Assembly: GCA_965242925.1 (NCBI GenBank)
Contig: CBDEUM010000009.1
Coordinates: forward strand, 97,514 to 161,513
DNA: 64,000 nucleotides
Reading direction: 5' to 3'
Source of the DNA: Roseibacillus sp.
GTDB lineage: Bacteria > Verrucomicrobiota > Verrucomicrobiia > Verrucomicrobiales > Akkermansiaceae
Shown one piece after another: positions 45,174 to 55,213 of the stretch. The translations under genes were made by a program, and so were the position numbers. The notes beneath the pieces are model-generated. The model ran no database searches. It saw only the letters and a program-made list of their open reading frames with translations, and had not been told where the DNA came from. Position 1 is the first letter of the stretch; each line of letters starts with the position of its first letter.

Positions 45174-46576
45174 ATGACCTCCGTTCGCTACCTTGCCTTT
45201 CTCGTTCTGGGCGTAACGGCCCAGGCAGATCCGAAGATCGAGAACGTCCTCTTTCTCATCTCCGATGACCTCAAAGCCAGCGTGCTCGGCTGTTATGGAG
45301 ACCCGGTCTGCCGGACCCCCCATCTCGACAAGCTCGCCGCACAGTCGGTGGTCTTCGAGCGGGCCTACTGCCAGGGCACGGCCTGCAATCCCTCCCGCAC
45401 TTCGTTCATGCACAGCCGCTACCACGGGGCCAAGGGGCGGGTGAATCTCGGTCAACACTTCAAGGACAACGGCTTCTACAGCGCCCGGGTCGGCAAGATT
45501 TATCACATGCGCGTACCCGGCGACATCATCGCGGGAACCGACGGACTCGATATTCCCTCCTCCTGGACCGAGAAATTCAATTCGCAGGGCCAGGAGGCCC
45601 ACACCCCCGGGGACTATGCCTGCCTCAATCTCAACGTCTTCACCGCCAAACCGGAGGATCGCCAGTCAACTGGCATGCCCCATCGCATGTTCGTCTCGGT
45701 GAGTTACGAGGGCGACGGATCCGACCAGCCGGACCACAAGACGGCCACCAGGACCATTGCACTCCTCCGTAAGCACGGGAAGCAGGAGAAACCCTTCTTC
45801 CTGGCAGCCGGATTTGTCCGTCCGCACTATCCCATGGTGCAGCCCAGACAGTACTTCGAGCCCTATCCCTGGAAGAACATGGTGCTGCCCCAGGTCCGTT
45901 CCCGACGACCTGGACGACATGCCCAAGCTCGCCCTGACCAAGAGCCGCTCCGGACTGAACGGCATCGCAAAATACCCCGACAACCAGAAGCGCATGTGGT
46001 CGGCCTACTACGCCTCGGTCACCTTCATGGATGAACAGGTCGGGCCGCATCCTCGACGAACTCGATCGCCTCAAGTTGCGTGCCAAGACCGCCATCGTCT
46101 TCACCAGTGACCACGGCTACCACCTCGGGGAGCACACCTTCTGGCAGAAGAGCAACCTCCATGAGGAAGTCCTGCGCGTCCCCCTCCTCATCTCCCTGCC
46201 CGGAGGCAAGGCCGGTCGCAGCAGATCGCTGGTGGAACTGGTCGACCTTTTCCCCACCCTCTCCCGTCTTGCCGGCCTGCAGGCTCCCAAGGGTCTGCAC
46301 GGAACGAGCCTCCTCCCCATCCTCCGCGATCCTGCCGTCCGGGTGAAGGAGAGCGCCCTCTCCATCCACGGCAGCGGCACCTCGATGCGCACCGCCAACT
46401 GGACCTACACCCGCTACAAGGATGGCAGCGAGGAACTCTACGACATGAAGAACGATCCCGGGCAGTTCACCAACCGGGCTGGCGAGGCGGATTTCATCGG
46501 GAGCCTCGCGCGTCACCGGACAGCCTTCGAGAAACGGCTGGGTGCTTCTGGTCTCAAACCCGGCAAGGTGCGCTAG
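45174..46576 (+). CDS. Sulfatase (iduronate-2-sulfatase/choline-sulfatase-like); apparent indels near 45900 and 46043
   Basis: NVLFLISDDL, RAYCQ, CNPSR, GKIYH, GFVRPHYP, YYASVTFMDEQVG, FTSDHGYHLGEH, ELVDLFPTL. Confidence 0.9.
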
Positions 46577-46584
46577 GACCGGGC

Positions 46585-47505
46585 CTACCTTGCAGGCTGG
46601 GGCTGCTTGAGGAGATCCGTGGGGCTTTCCCCGTCCCATGCGTCGGCCTGGGCGGAGAGGATGTCCTTGCCCTTCCAGTCGAGGACTTTGCCATCAGATA
46701 CACGCATGCGCGTGGGCTTGCAGGAGCCGTCGATACGCAGCACGATCACTTTGTTGTCCCAGGTGTCCGGATCCCACTCGGAGGTGTCCTTCTTGTACCC
46801 GTCGAGAATGAGGGGGCGGCTGCCCGTGTCCAGGTTGGTCTGCTCGGTGACGTAGGCCCAGTGGACGTCTCCTTCCTCAAGAACCATGTCCGCTTGGATC
46901 CGTCCGCCTCTTTTTATCTCGTTGTCCGGCGCGGCGGATGCCGCGACGGCCGAGTTCTTCACCCAGAACACCGTCTCCGTCTCCAATTCGGTACTTCCAG
47001 CGAGAAACAGCTGGCGGAAGTAATCGTTGGAGTAGGTCGTTCCAGTTCCACCTTCCGCGACATACTCTGCGGTATCGTCGCTGGGATACACCCCGTCAAA
47101 GTCAGTGGCGAAGGAATCCAGCGTCCGTTTGACTTGTTTTGCGTTATTAACGGCTTCCGCGAGGGCAGCTCGCTTCAGAGCCTTGAAGATTTGAGGGGTT
47201 GCCACTGCGGCGAGGACGATGACGACCGTGACCAGAATCGACAGGTAGCCGAGAATCACTCCCGTGAGTGCCAGGCCCTTGCCTCCCAGCGCCCCGCCAC
47301 TCCGGCCGATCTTGCCCAGCGCGGAATGACCCATGATGATGGCGGGCAATCCTGCGAGAAGACCTGAAACCAGTCCACCCAGTCCGCAGATAAGACTCCC
47401 AACCGCCAGACCGCTGGTCTTCCGGTGGGTGGGCGGTGGTGCGGCCGTTCCCGGATTCGGTTGCGGAGATCCGGGAGGGAGTGGGGTGGAATAATTTTCC
47501 GGCAT
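46585..47505 (-). CDS. DUF4190 membrane domain fused to a pilin/type II secretion pseudopilin-like body
   Basis: TSGLAVGSLICG..PAIIMGHSALGKI..GKGLALTGVILGY (DUF4190), then AVATPQIFKALKRA..AVNNAKQV..FATDFDGVYP, SNDYFRQLF, VLRIDGS. Confidence 0.75.
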   Translation of the reverse strand: MPENYSTPLPPGSPQPNPGTAAPPPTHRKTSGLAVGSLICGLGGLVSGLLAGLPAIIMGHSALGKIGRSGGALGGKGLALTGVILGYLSILVTVVIVLAAVATPQIFKALKRAALAEAVNNAKQVKRTLDSFATDFDGVYPSDDTAEYVAEGGTGTTYSNDYFRQLFLAGSTELETETVFWVKNSAVAASAAPDNEIKRGGRIQADMVLEEGDVHWAYVTEQTNLDTGSRPLILDGYKKDTSEWDPDTWDNKVIVLRIDGSCKPTRMRVSDGKVLDWKGKDILSAQADAWDGESPTDLLKQPQPAR

Positions 47506-47597
47506 GGTCGTGCCCTAGCGGTCACTTAAAACAAGATTCTCTGCCGGAGCAATGACTTTCCAGAGGGCTGCCAGAATCCCCAAACACCAACAACCCG

Positions 47598-47628
47598 AAA
47601 AAAAGCGGCGCGGGTTCCCACCCGCGCC
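47598..47628 (-). terminator. Rho-independent terminator for the 47662-50539 gene
   Basis: Stem GGCGCGGGT / ACCCGCGCC (47607-47628). The plus-strand A7 run (47598-47604) is the U-tract on the minus strand. Confidence 0.8.
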
Positions 47629-47661
47629 ACTTGAAGACTGATTGTAGCTCCGCCCTCCGGT

Positions 47662-50539
47662 CTATTTGACCTTCATCACCCCCCGCATGAGGATGTGGTG
47701 CCCGGGGAAGGTGCAGACGAACTCGTAGTTCCCGGCTTCCTTGGGCGTCGTGAATTCGAGCACCTCGGTCTTGCCAAAGTCCAGGAGCTTGGAGGAGGCG
47801 AGGATACCATCGTACTTGGGAATCCAGTGGGCCTTGAAACCGGCTTCGCCGAGCTTGATGGCGGCTTCCCCCACCCCATTGGCGGCCCCCGGCTTCACGA
47901 TCACCAGGTTATGGGGCACGTAGTCGGAGTTCTTGAAGTGGATGCGGATTTTCTTGCCGGCCTTCACCTCGAACTCCTTGAGGTCGAACTTGAGCTGCTC
48001 AAGCAGGGTGCCGACGCGCACATCGGTGGCCTCGTCGGTGTCCTTGAAGACCCCGGGAGGGTCGTTCTTGGTCACCTTCACCGCCTCCACCGCGGCAGAA
48101 CCCTTGGTGGGATCCGCGGTGTACCACAGGTGCTGGACCGTCTTGGCCGCCACCCGGGCATGGGACACCGGGGAATTCAGGACCTTGCCCAGAAGTTCCC
48201 CGTCCCGCACATTGTGCTGCTGGTGCACCCAGAGGGCTTCCAGGAGATGGTGGGCATGCTCTTTCTTGGCGGGATCCCACTTCTTGGCCCACTTCTGGCA
48301 GGCGGCGATTACGTCCTTGGTCTTGCGCTCGCTGAGCTCGATCCGGGTCCGGTAACGAACCCCGTCCACCGGGTGCTCGAGGTTCACCATCAGTTCGATC
48401 GAGGGAAGCCCCATTGACCTTGACCGCCTTCTGCAGCGGCTTGCCCTTGTGGGTGACCCGGTAGATCCGGCCATGCAGGTGATCCCGCGAGGGGTCGCGG
48501 ATGTTGTGCTGCATGTGCCCGATGATGACATTGTGCCAGTCGGATACGTAGAGCGCCCCATCGGAACCGAATTCCACGTCCGAGGGACGGAAGTTCTTGT
48601 CGGAACTCTTGATGAGGTCCTGGCGGGGCTCCCCCCACATGTGATCCTGGTCGTTCTTGGGCTCAAGATCATACTGCTTCACCCCGAGGAAGCCGATGGT
48701 GTTGGCGAGGATGTAGTCCCCCTGCCATTCATCGGGGAAGTTGGCACTTGAAACCACCCCGGAGCCCGCCACCGGGCGGACCTCCTTCTTGACCAGCCCA
48801 TGCATCCTGAATCCCTTGCCCTCGGGACGCACCTGGTAGGAGCGGCCCCCGGTACCGTCGTTGGCATAGTGACGACCCCAGGAGTCGAAGCAGACCCCGT
48901 GCGGATTCGGGCTGTTCCCCGCATGCACGGTCACGGTGTATTGCCGCGGGTCGAAGCGGAACATGGCAGAAGCTCCACTATGAAGAGGCGGTCCCCAGGG
49001 ATGCTCATGGGAGTTACGGAAGAAGACCCCGCTCTGCCAGTAGAACGCCCCATCAGGCCCCATCGCGAAGGCATTGGCCGCATGGTGGGTATCAGCGGAG
49101 CCGATCCCCTGGAGAAGGCGAATCCGCACGTCTGCGACGTCATCTCCGTCGGTGTCCTTGAGGAACAGGACATCCGGCTGGGAGGCCACCAGGACGCCAC
49201 CATTCCAGAATTCAAAGCCCGTCGGGTTGTGCACCCTGGCAAAGGTAATGCACTTGTCGGCCACCCCGTCCCGGTTCTCATCGGGCAGGATGAGGAGTCG
49301 GTCGTCCATCTTCTTCAGGGGTTCCCACTTGGGATAGGTCGGCCATGCGGCCGCCCAGAGCCGGCCCCTGGTGTCCACCGCCATCTGCACCGGGTTGACC
49401 AGCTCGGGAAACATCTTCTCGTCGGCGAAGAGCTTGACCTCCATTCCCTCCGGCACGGTGAGCTTGGCGAGGCCTTCCTTGCCACTGTTATAGCCCTTGA
49501 GATTGCCTTCCTTCCCTGCGTTGGAGCTCCTGCTCTTGCCTCCCACATTGGACTTCACCCCAATGGGGGCCGGGACGTTACTGTCATCGATCTCGTGCTT
49601 GTGGTTCCCCACCGCGGCCCAGACCGCCATATCCCGGTTTGCCACCATGACATCGATCATGGAAAGTTCGTGCCAGAGGACGTCCTTGTTGCTCTGGCCG
49701 TCCACGAACTTGAGCCCGGAGCGCCCACCCCACACGTCGTTACCGTCTGTGGCCCGGTAACGATTGTGCCAGTGCCAGTTCTTGTCCAACACCACCTTGC
49801 GCACCTTCTCCAGGCTCGGCGAAGCGGGGATCTCCCTCTCCAGGAGACTGCGGGCGATCACCTCCGCCATGCGGCGGTTCCCTTCCGGGTTAAGGTGGAT
49901 GCCATTGATGGTGAGAGGAACATTGGAGGCCCGGAAGAGTTCGGCCGAACTCGAGAACAGGTCGACGAACTCCGCTTTCTTGGCTTGCGCCACTTCCCGG
50001 GTGGCTGCCGCATAGAGGGCAAGACGGGAATTGTTGGCCTTGCCGTCCGGCAGGTTGGGGCTCCCCAGGTCCTCGTGCGCGATGGGGGTGAAGAGCACGA
50101 TCTTCGGCGCACCCTTCCCGTTGGGCTTCATGTTGCGGTAGTGATCCACCAGCTTACCCAGTTCATCGCGATACTTACCGAGTCCCCCTTCTCCGCCGAA
50201 GGACTCGTTATACCCGAACATGATGAAGATTACGTCCGCCTTGAGGTCCTTCAGGTACTGGTCCTGGGAGGGAAAGCCGCTGTTGCGGGGTCGACTCCAC
50301 ACCGTGTCGCCGGTGTAGCCGAGGTTCCGGATGGTCAGGTAGTGCTTCGGATAGGCGGAGTGGAAAACGGTCTCCAGCCAACCATCGTGCTGCATGCGGT
50401 CCGCCAGACCACTCCCGATAATGCAGATTCTGTCTTGCTTCTCGAGGGTGAGGGCGGCTGTCACGGGTTGCACATTCGCGAAACCAACTAGGGAGGCGAG
50501 GGCGGCAATCCGCAGGGCGAGGAACGGGCGTGTCATCAT
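47662..50539 (-). CDS. PVC-type dehydrogenase-domain protein with N-terminal SGNH-like domain and C-terminal azurin/auracyanin-like blue-copper domain; apparent indel near 48400
   Basis: RNLGYTGD, FGYNESF, TINGIHLN. Propeller motifs LFADEKMFPELVNPVQMAVDTRGRLW and NFRPSDVEFGSDGALYVSDWHN..HGRIYRV. LEALWVHQQHN. Cupredoxin ligands PHNLVI...FVCTFPGHHILM. Confidence 0.88.
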
Positions 50540-50713
50540 GGATTTCAGAGTTCTGAGGAAGGAGGACTACGGCAAAAATTCGAGATCCTCACGCCTTTCC
50601 TCCGAAAGTTTCAAATTCCCGCTCCAAAAGGCCTAAAGATCGCACTTTCGAGCGATGCGCCCACCCTTTCTGGGGCCCCGGTGGGACCTCCCATCGTATC
50701 CGGTAGACAGCTC

Positions 50714-52081
50714 CTACCGCTCCAACTTCTGCCAGGGAACGGCGCCCCCGCGCTGGATATGCACCCGCATGGCACCTGCCAGCTCGCGAAACTTCCTGCG
50801 GTTGCCCTTGGAAAGGTCGGTCGTTTCCCCCGGGTCCTTCGCAAGGTCAAATAGTTCCCAAGGCGTCATGGGCGTGTTCTTGACCAGTTTCCAGTTTCCA
50901 CGCCGCATGGCCCAGATGCACTCCCCCATGTAGCGCTCCCCGCCTTCCCGACGGGTGAAAAAGAGATCGCGGTCAAAGCCCGCCTGATCTTCGCCGAGGA
51001 GAAGCGGAAGGAAGGAGCGACCATCGATCGGGTGTTCGATCGCGGCTCCGGCAGCCGCGGCCACAGTGGGAAAAATATCCATGGTGGCCGCCACGAACCG
51101 GCTGCGCCCACCCGCCTTGATCTTCCCGGGCCAGACCGCACAGGCGGGCACCTGCAGGCCCCCTTCGTACATCTCCTGCTTTTCTCCGCGCAACGTCCCG
51201 TTACTCGCTCCCACATTGGCCTGCCCGCCATTATCAGAGACGAAAAAAACGAAAGTGTTCCTGGCCAGACCGGTCTCCTCCAGGGCATGCAGGACTTTTC
51301 CGATGCCATCGTCCATATGTTCGATGAGAGCCACCAGCTTTGCCCGCTGCGCGCTGATCCCCGCCTCGCGCTGCCTCACCCTGGCCAGCCAATCAGCTGG
51401 TGGCTGGATGGGGGTATGGGGAGCGTTGTAGGCCAGGTAGAGGAAGAACGGGTTGGCCTGTCCCGAGGGTTTTGAAACCACCCGGGCACGCTCTTTCAGG
51501 TAGTCAACCGCCCACCGGGTGAAGATATCCGTGGCGTGCCCTTTGGGGTGCACCGGTTCCTCGTTGCGCCGCATGTAATGGTTTCCATGCCGACGATGGT
51601 GGTAGTAGTCGTCCATCATGTCCCCGAGGAAGCCGTGGAAGAAGTCAAACCCCCGCCTTGTGGGCTGATTCTCCTCCTCCAGTCCAAGATGCCACTTCCC
51701 GATGATGGCGGTGTGGTAGCCCTCCGGCTTGAGAACCTGGGGAAGTAAAATGGCATCCTGCGCCAGGTAGCCCCAGTTGTTGGGCGCATGGGTGCGCACC
51801 ACCCCGGGCACTCCCACCAGTTCCTGATAGCGCCCGCTCAAAAGGGCCGCCCGGGTGGGAGAACAGACCGGGCAGTTGGCGTAAAAGGAATCAAAGCGCA
51901 TCCCGGCTGCCATGAGCTTGTCGATGGAGGGTGTTTTCAGATCCTTTGCTCCGTAGGAGGACAGATCGCCGTAGCCCAGGTCATCGACGATCAGGACCAG
52001 AATGTTCGGTTTGTCTGCCCAACCCGTTGAACTTCCCAGGAGAAGGAAGGTGAGAACATGCAGGAAGAGCAGGAGCTTCAT
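50714..52081 (-). CDS. Sulfatase (S1 family), secreted
   Basis: PNILVLIVDDLGYGD, CSPTRAALLSG, GKWHLG, YNAPHTP, SDNGG, EGGLQVP. Confidence 0.95.
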   Translation of the reverse strand: MKLLLFLHVLTFLLLGSSTGWADKPNILVLIVDDLGYGDLSSYGAKDLKTPSIDKLMAAGMRFDSFYANCPVCSPTRAALLSGRYQELVGVPGVVRTHAPNNWGYLAQDAILLPQVLKPEGYHTAIIGKWHLGLEEENQPTRRGFDFFHGFLGDMMDDYYHHRRHGNHYMRRNEEPVHPKGHATDIFTRWAVDYLKERARVVSKPSGQANPFFLYLAYNAPHTPIQPPADWLARVRQREAGISAQRAKLVALIEHMDDGIGKVLHALEETGLARNTFVFFVSDNGGQANVGASNGTLRGEKQEMYEGGLQVPACAVWPGKIKAGGRSRFVAATMDIFPTVAAAAGAAIEHPIDGRSFLPLLLGEDQAGFDRDLFFTRREGGERYMGECIWAMRRGNWKLVKNTPMTPWELFDLAKDPGETTDLSKGNRRKFRELAGAMRVHIQRGGAVPWQKLER

Positions 52082-52332
52082 TCCTGCAGCCTATGGGTCC
52101 GTTTCCGGGGCACCAGCGGAATTCAGGGGCAGGACGAAGGAGCCCGGCAGCCCCCCTCCTGCGGGGATCAGGCCCGGATCGCCCCCGATTTCACCCTCTT
52201 CTGCCCCGAATCGGTCCCGAACCCTGCGGAATTCCCTGCTTTTTTTCGCAACTCCAGGTAACTTCCCATTGTTTGAGTGGTTTATCCAGATGATAGCAAA
52301 CGTCCCGGAAGGCCACGAAGCCATAGAATGCC

Positions 52333-53733
52333 ATGAAACAATCAGCTCTCATCCCAATTCTCGTCCTGACCGCCGGGGTCGCCTTCGGCCTCGGGTGGAT
52401 CGCCAAGCCCAACGGGAAGGACGGTCAGGCGGACGAAAACAACAGCGCCGGAGGTGGATCCAAGAGTGGAGTCTCGTCCTCCCGCCCCTCGCATCCTTCC
52501 GGACCGGGTAACAGCTCAAAGGGTTCCGGCCGGGTGGAGGAATTCCTCTCGCGGTATACGTCAGGCGGCACGATCTCCCCCGAGGACATGACCACCGCCA
52601 TCGAGCAGATGCGCAAGGAGAACGATCCCCTCCTCCGCCGGAAACTTTTCACCGAACTCCTTGAGAACCTTACCCCTGAGAATGCCAAGGCCGCCTACCT
52701 GGCCCTCCAGAGCGGGCGCCGGGGCTGGGGACGTGGGGGTGGAGATGATGAGTTGCGCCTCATGTCCCACGCCTGGGGCAGTATCGATGGACCCGGGGCG
52801 ATCCAGGCTCTGACTGAAATGCGCGCCGAGCGCGAAAGCGGTGAAGGTCGTGACCGCGGCCGCGGCCGGGAGGGGGACCGCGGAGGATTCGAGCTGGTCA
52901 GTGTCCTCTCGGGATGGGCCAGTGCCGACGGAAAAGGGGCCGCCGACTACGTCAGCGGTATCGAGGACGAGCGGGAACAACGCATGCTCGCCTTCGGAGT
53001 GGTGCGCGGCATGATGGTGAATGGGGTGGACGAAGCGATGGGATACGTCGCCTCCCTGCCCAAGACCGAGGATGGTGATCGTGCCCAGAGCTGGTACATG
53101 TCCACCATCGCCAGCGAGATGCTGGAAGAAGGTCTCGACTCCGCCAAGGCCTGGGTCGACAGCATCAACGATCCCGACCTCAAGGGCGGAGCCCTCTCCC
53201 GCGTGGCGGAGTCCGCCGTCCGCGAGGATCTCGAAGGCGCGGTCGAATGGGTCACCCAGTATGCAGGGGAGGAAGCGGGGCAGCGCGCCGTCAATCGCGT
53301 GGCTGACGAGTGGGCGGAGGATGATCCCCAGGCCGTCCTGACCTGGGCCGACTCCCTTCCCGACGCTGCCAGGGCAGAAGCCTATGGAGAAGCCTTTCAA
53401 GAGTGGACCCGGCAGGATGCCACCGCGGCCGGCGAATACCTGACCAACATGGAGACCTCCCCGGCTCGCGACTCCGCGGTGGAGGAATTCTCCACCTCTC
53501 TGTCGCGGGAGGAACCTGCGACCGCCATCAAGTGGGCCGAGACAATTTCCAACGAGGAAATGCGCACGGACGCCCTTACCGAGGTGGCCCGCAGCTGGTA
53601 CTTCCGCGACCGGGAAGCCGCCACCCAGTGGCTGGAAACCAGTGGACTGCCGGAAGAGTCCGTTCAGGCCGTCACGGCGGACCGGGGCGGCAGGGGAAGG
53701 GGCCCGGGAGGAGGCCCCCCTCGGGGCCGGTAG
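52333..53733 (+). CDS. Membrane-anchored alpha-helical repeat protein (W-x3-D-P-x-A-A-x2-W type repeats)
   Basis: N-terminal anchor GVAFGLGWIA. Repeats of ~31-33 aa such as WAEDDPQAVLTWADSL, WTRQDATAAGEYLTNM, WYFRDREAATQWLETS. Arg/Gly-rich inserts. Confidence 0.8.
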   Translation: MKQSALIPILVLTAGVAFGLGWIAKPNGKDGQADENNSAGGGSKSGVSSSRPSHPSGPGNSSKGSGRVEEFLSRYTSGGTISPEDMTTAIEQMRKENDPLLRRKLFTELLENLTPENAKAAYLALQSGRRGWGRGGGDDELRLMSHAWGSIDGPGAIQALTEMRAERESGEGRDRGRGREGDRGGFELVSVLSGWASADGKGAADYVSGIEDEREQRMLAFGVVRGMMVNGVDEAMGYVASLPKTEDGDRAQSWYMSTIASEMLEEGLDSAKAWVDSINDPDLKGGALSRVAESAVREDLEGAVEWVTQYAGEEAGQRAVNRVADEWAEDDPQAVLTWADSLPDAARAEAYGEAFQEWTRQDATAAGEYLTNMETSPARDSAVEEFSTSLSREEPATAIKWAETISNEEMRTDALTEVARSWYFRDREAATQWLETSGLPEESVQAVTADRGGRGRGPGGGPPRGR

Positions 53734-53827
53734 GAACAGCTCGCAGGCACTTCGCTGCGAATCCATCGCGGGCGGGAATCACCCGGGCCGAGCAGGGGAG
53801 GGTGAACTCCCTCGTCAGCCGAAACCT

Positions 53828-55138
53828 TTAATCCTCTGTCGGCATTACCTGCACGTCCAGCCTCTTGCCCAGATCCTTGCGCCACCTGGCCACCTTCTTC
53901 TCCCTGACCTCGCCCACATACTCCCCGAAGAACTCGTCCAGGGATTCCACAATCTCCTTGCGGGTATCCTCAGTCATGAGGTCCGCCTGGATGAACCGTT
54001 CCGGCTTCGGGCTGACGTGCTGGGCCACGCAACGGTAGAGGAAGATACGGTCGTAGCTGCTGCGTAGCGCGAGGGCCCCCAGTTCCCTGAAAGCCGCCCC
54101 CAGACTCTCCCGTTCCAGCGGAAACTCGCTTGCGAGGTGCGCCAGTTCAACGCCGTAGACCCACTCCGGATCCCGGAAGCGGCTCGTGCGGTCGTAAATT
54201 GACGCGGTCTCCCAGGCAATGATGCCGAGCACCTGCCGCAGCAGGCTGAGAAGGTAACCGTCCAGGGAGCGCTTCCCGATCTTCTTTCCCCCCTTCCAGA
54301 CCAGGTTTGATCCCGCGATCCAACCCGCGGCCAGGAGTGGGTTGGAGGCGAGAAGAAACTTGCTGCCCTGCCACAGGTAGCGCACCGGGTTGATGATAGG
54401 CTGGAGGTCCTCGTATTTTTTCACCACCTTGCTGGCGGTGCGGAGCTTGTCGGTCACCTGCCGGAGGTTCCAGTCCTTCAGGTCGAGCAGTGGAATTTCC
54501 TCCAGGAGCAGGATCACCTGGAGAGAGATCCGGTTAACAGACTTGAGTAGTTCCCCGAGATTCGTTTCCAGGATGGGCCTTTCCGAGTCCGGGTTGTAGA
54601 TGCCCGCGATGGACTCCACGAATTCACCAAAGTCGAGCAGCAGCGCACGCGTCTGCAGTTGCCCCTCCTCCCAGTAGTAGCCCTCCGAGACGCGCTCCAG
54701 CACCCGATCCGCCTGGCGCTCCATCAGGGACGCGACCTCGGCATCCTGGGCTGATCGCTCCGTCGTGGCCCATTCCACCTTCTGGATTTCCTCAAAGTCG
54801 GGAAACTCCATCCACTCGCCATAGGCCAGGAGCACCTTCTCGATCTCAGCCCTCCGGGAATCGAGCCGCTTGGCTTCCTGCCGGATGGCCTCTTCCGCCA
54901 GCAGGAGTGCTTCCCCAGCCTCTTCCTCCGCAGCCTGGCCGGCGAGCCAGAACATGGAGACGAGGACCCCGGCCAGGGGCACGAGCGCAAACAACCACGT
55001 CATGGCTCCCAGCTGCTCGCGCATGACAAAGGCGGCAATGCCCACCAGCACGAGGGCGCCCTGAGTCGCCAATACGGCTCCCCGCGTCACCAGTGCCCGC
55101 TTCCGCCAAGACATGCCAGATTCTAGCTTCTTCTCCAT
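53828..55138 (-). CDS. Hypothetical membrane protein (two N-terminal TM helices, coiled coil, helical domain)
   Basis: Long ORF of over 430 codons filling the space between neighbours, with plausible composition. No family recognised; start uncertain. Confidence 0.7.
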   Translation of the reverse strand: MEKKLESGMSWRKRALVTRGAVLATQGALVLVGIAAFVMREQLGAMTWLFALVPLAGVLVSMFWLAGQAAEEEAGEALLLAEEAIRQEAKRLDSRRAEIEKVLLAYGEWMEFPDFEEIQKVEWATTERSAQDAEVASLMERQADRVLERVSEGYYWEEGQLQTRALLLDFGEFVESIAGIYNPDSERPILETNLGELLKSVNRISLQVILLLEEIPLLDLKDWNLRQVTDKLRTASKVVKKYEDLQPIINPVRYLWQGSKFLLASNPLLAAGWIAGSNLVWKGGKKIGKRSLDGYLLSLLRQVLGIIAWETASIYDRTSRFRDPEWVYGVELAHLASEFPLERESLGAAFRELGALALRSSYDRIFLYRCVAQHVSPKPERFIQADLMTEDTRKEIVESLDEFFGEYVGEVREKKVARWRKDLGKRLDVQVMPTED

Positions 55139-55213
55139 TCCCGGCAATGGGCGATTCCGGCTTGAATCGTCAGGACAGGGTAGCCAGCATCAGGAGTTGA
55201 TCCCGGTCGCAAG

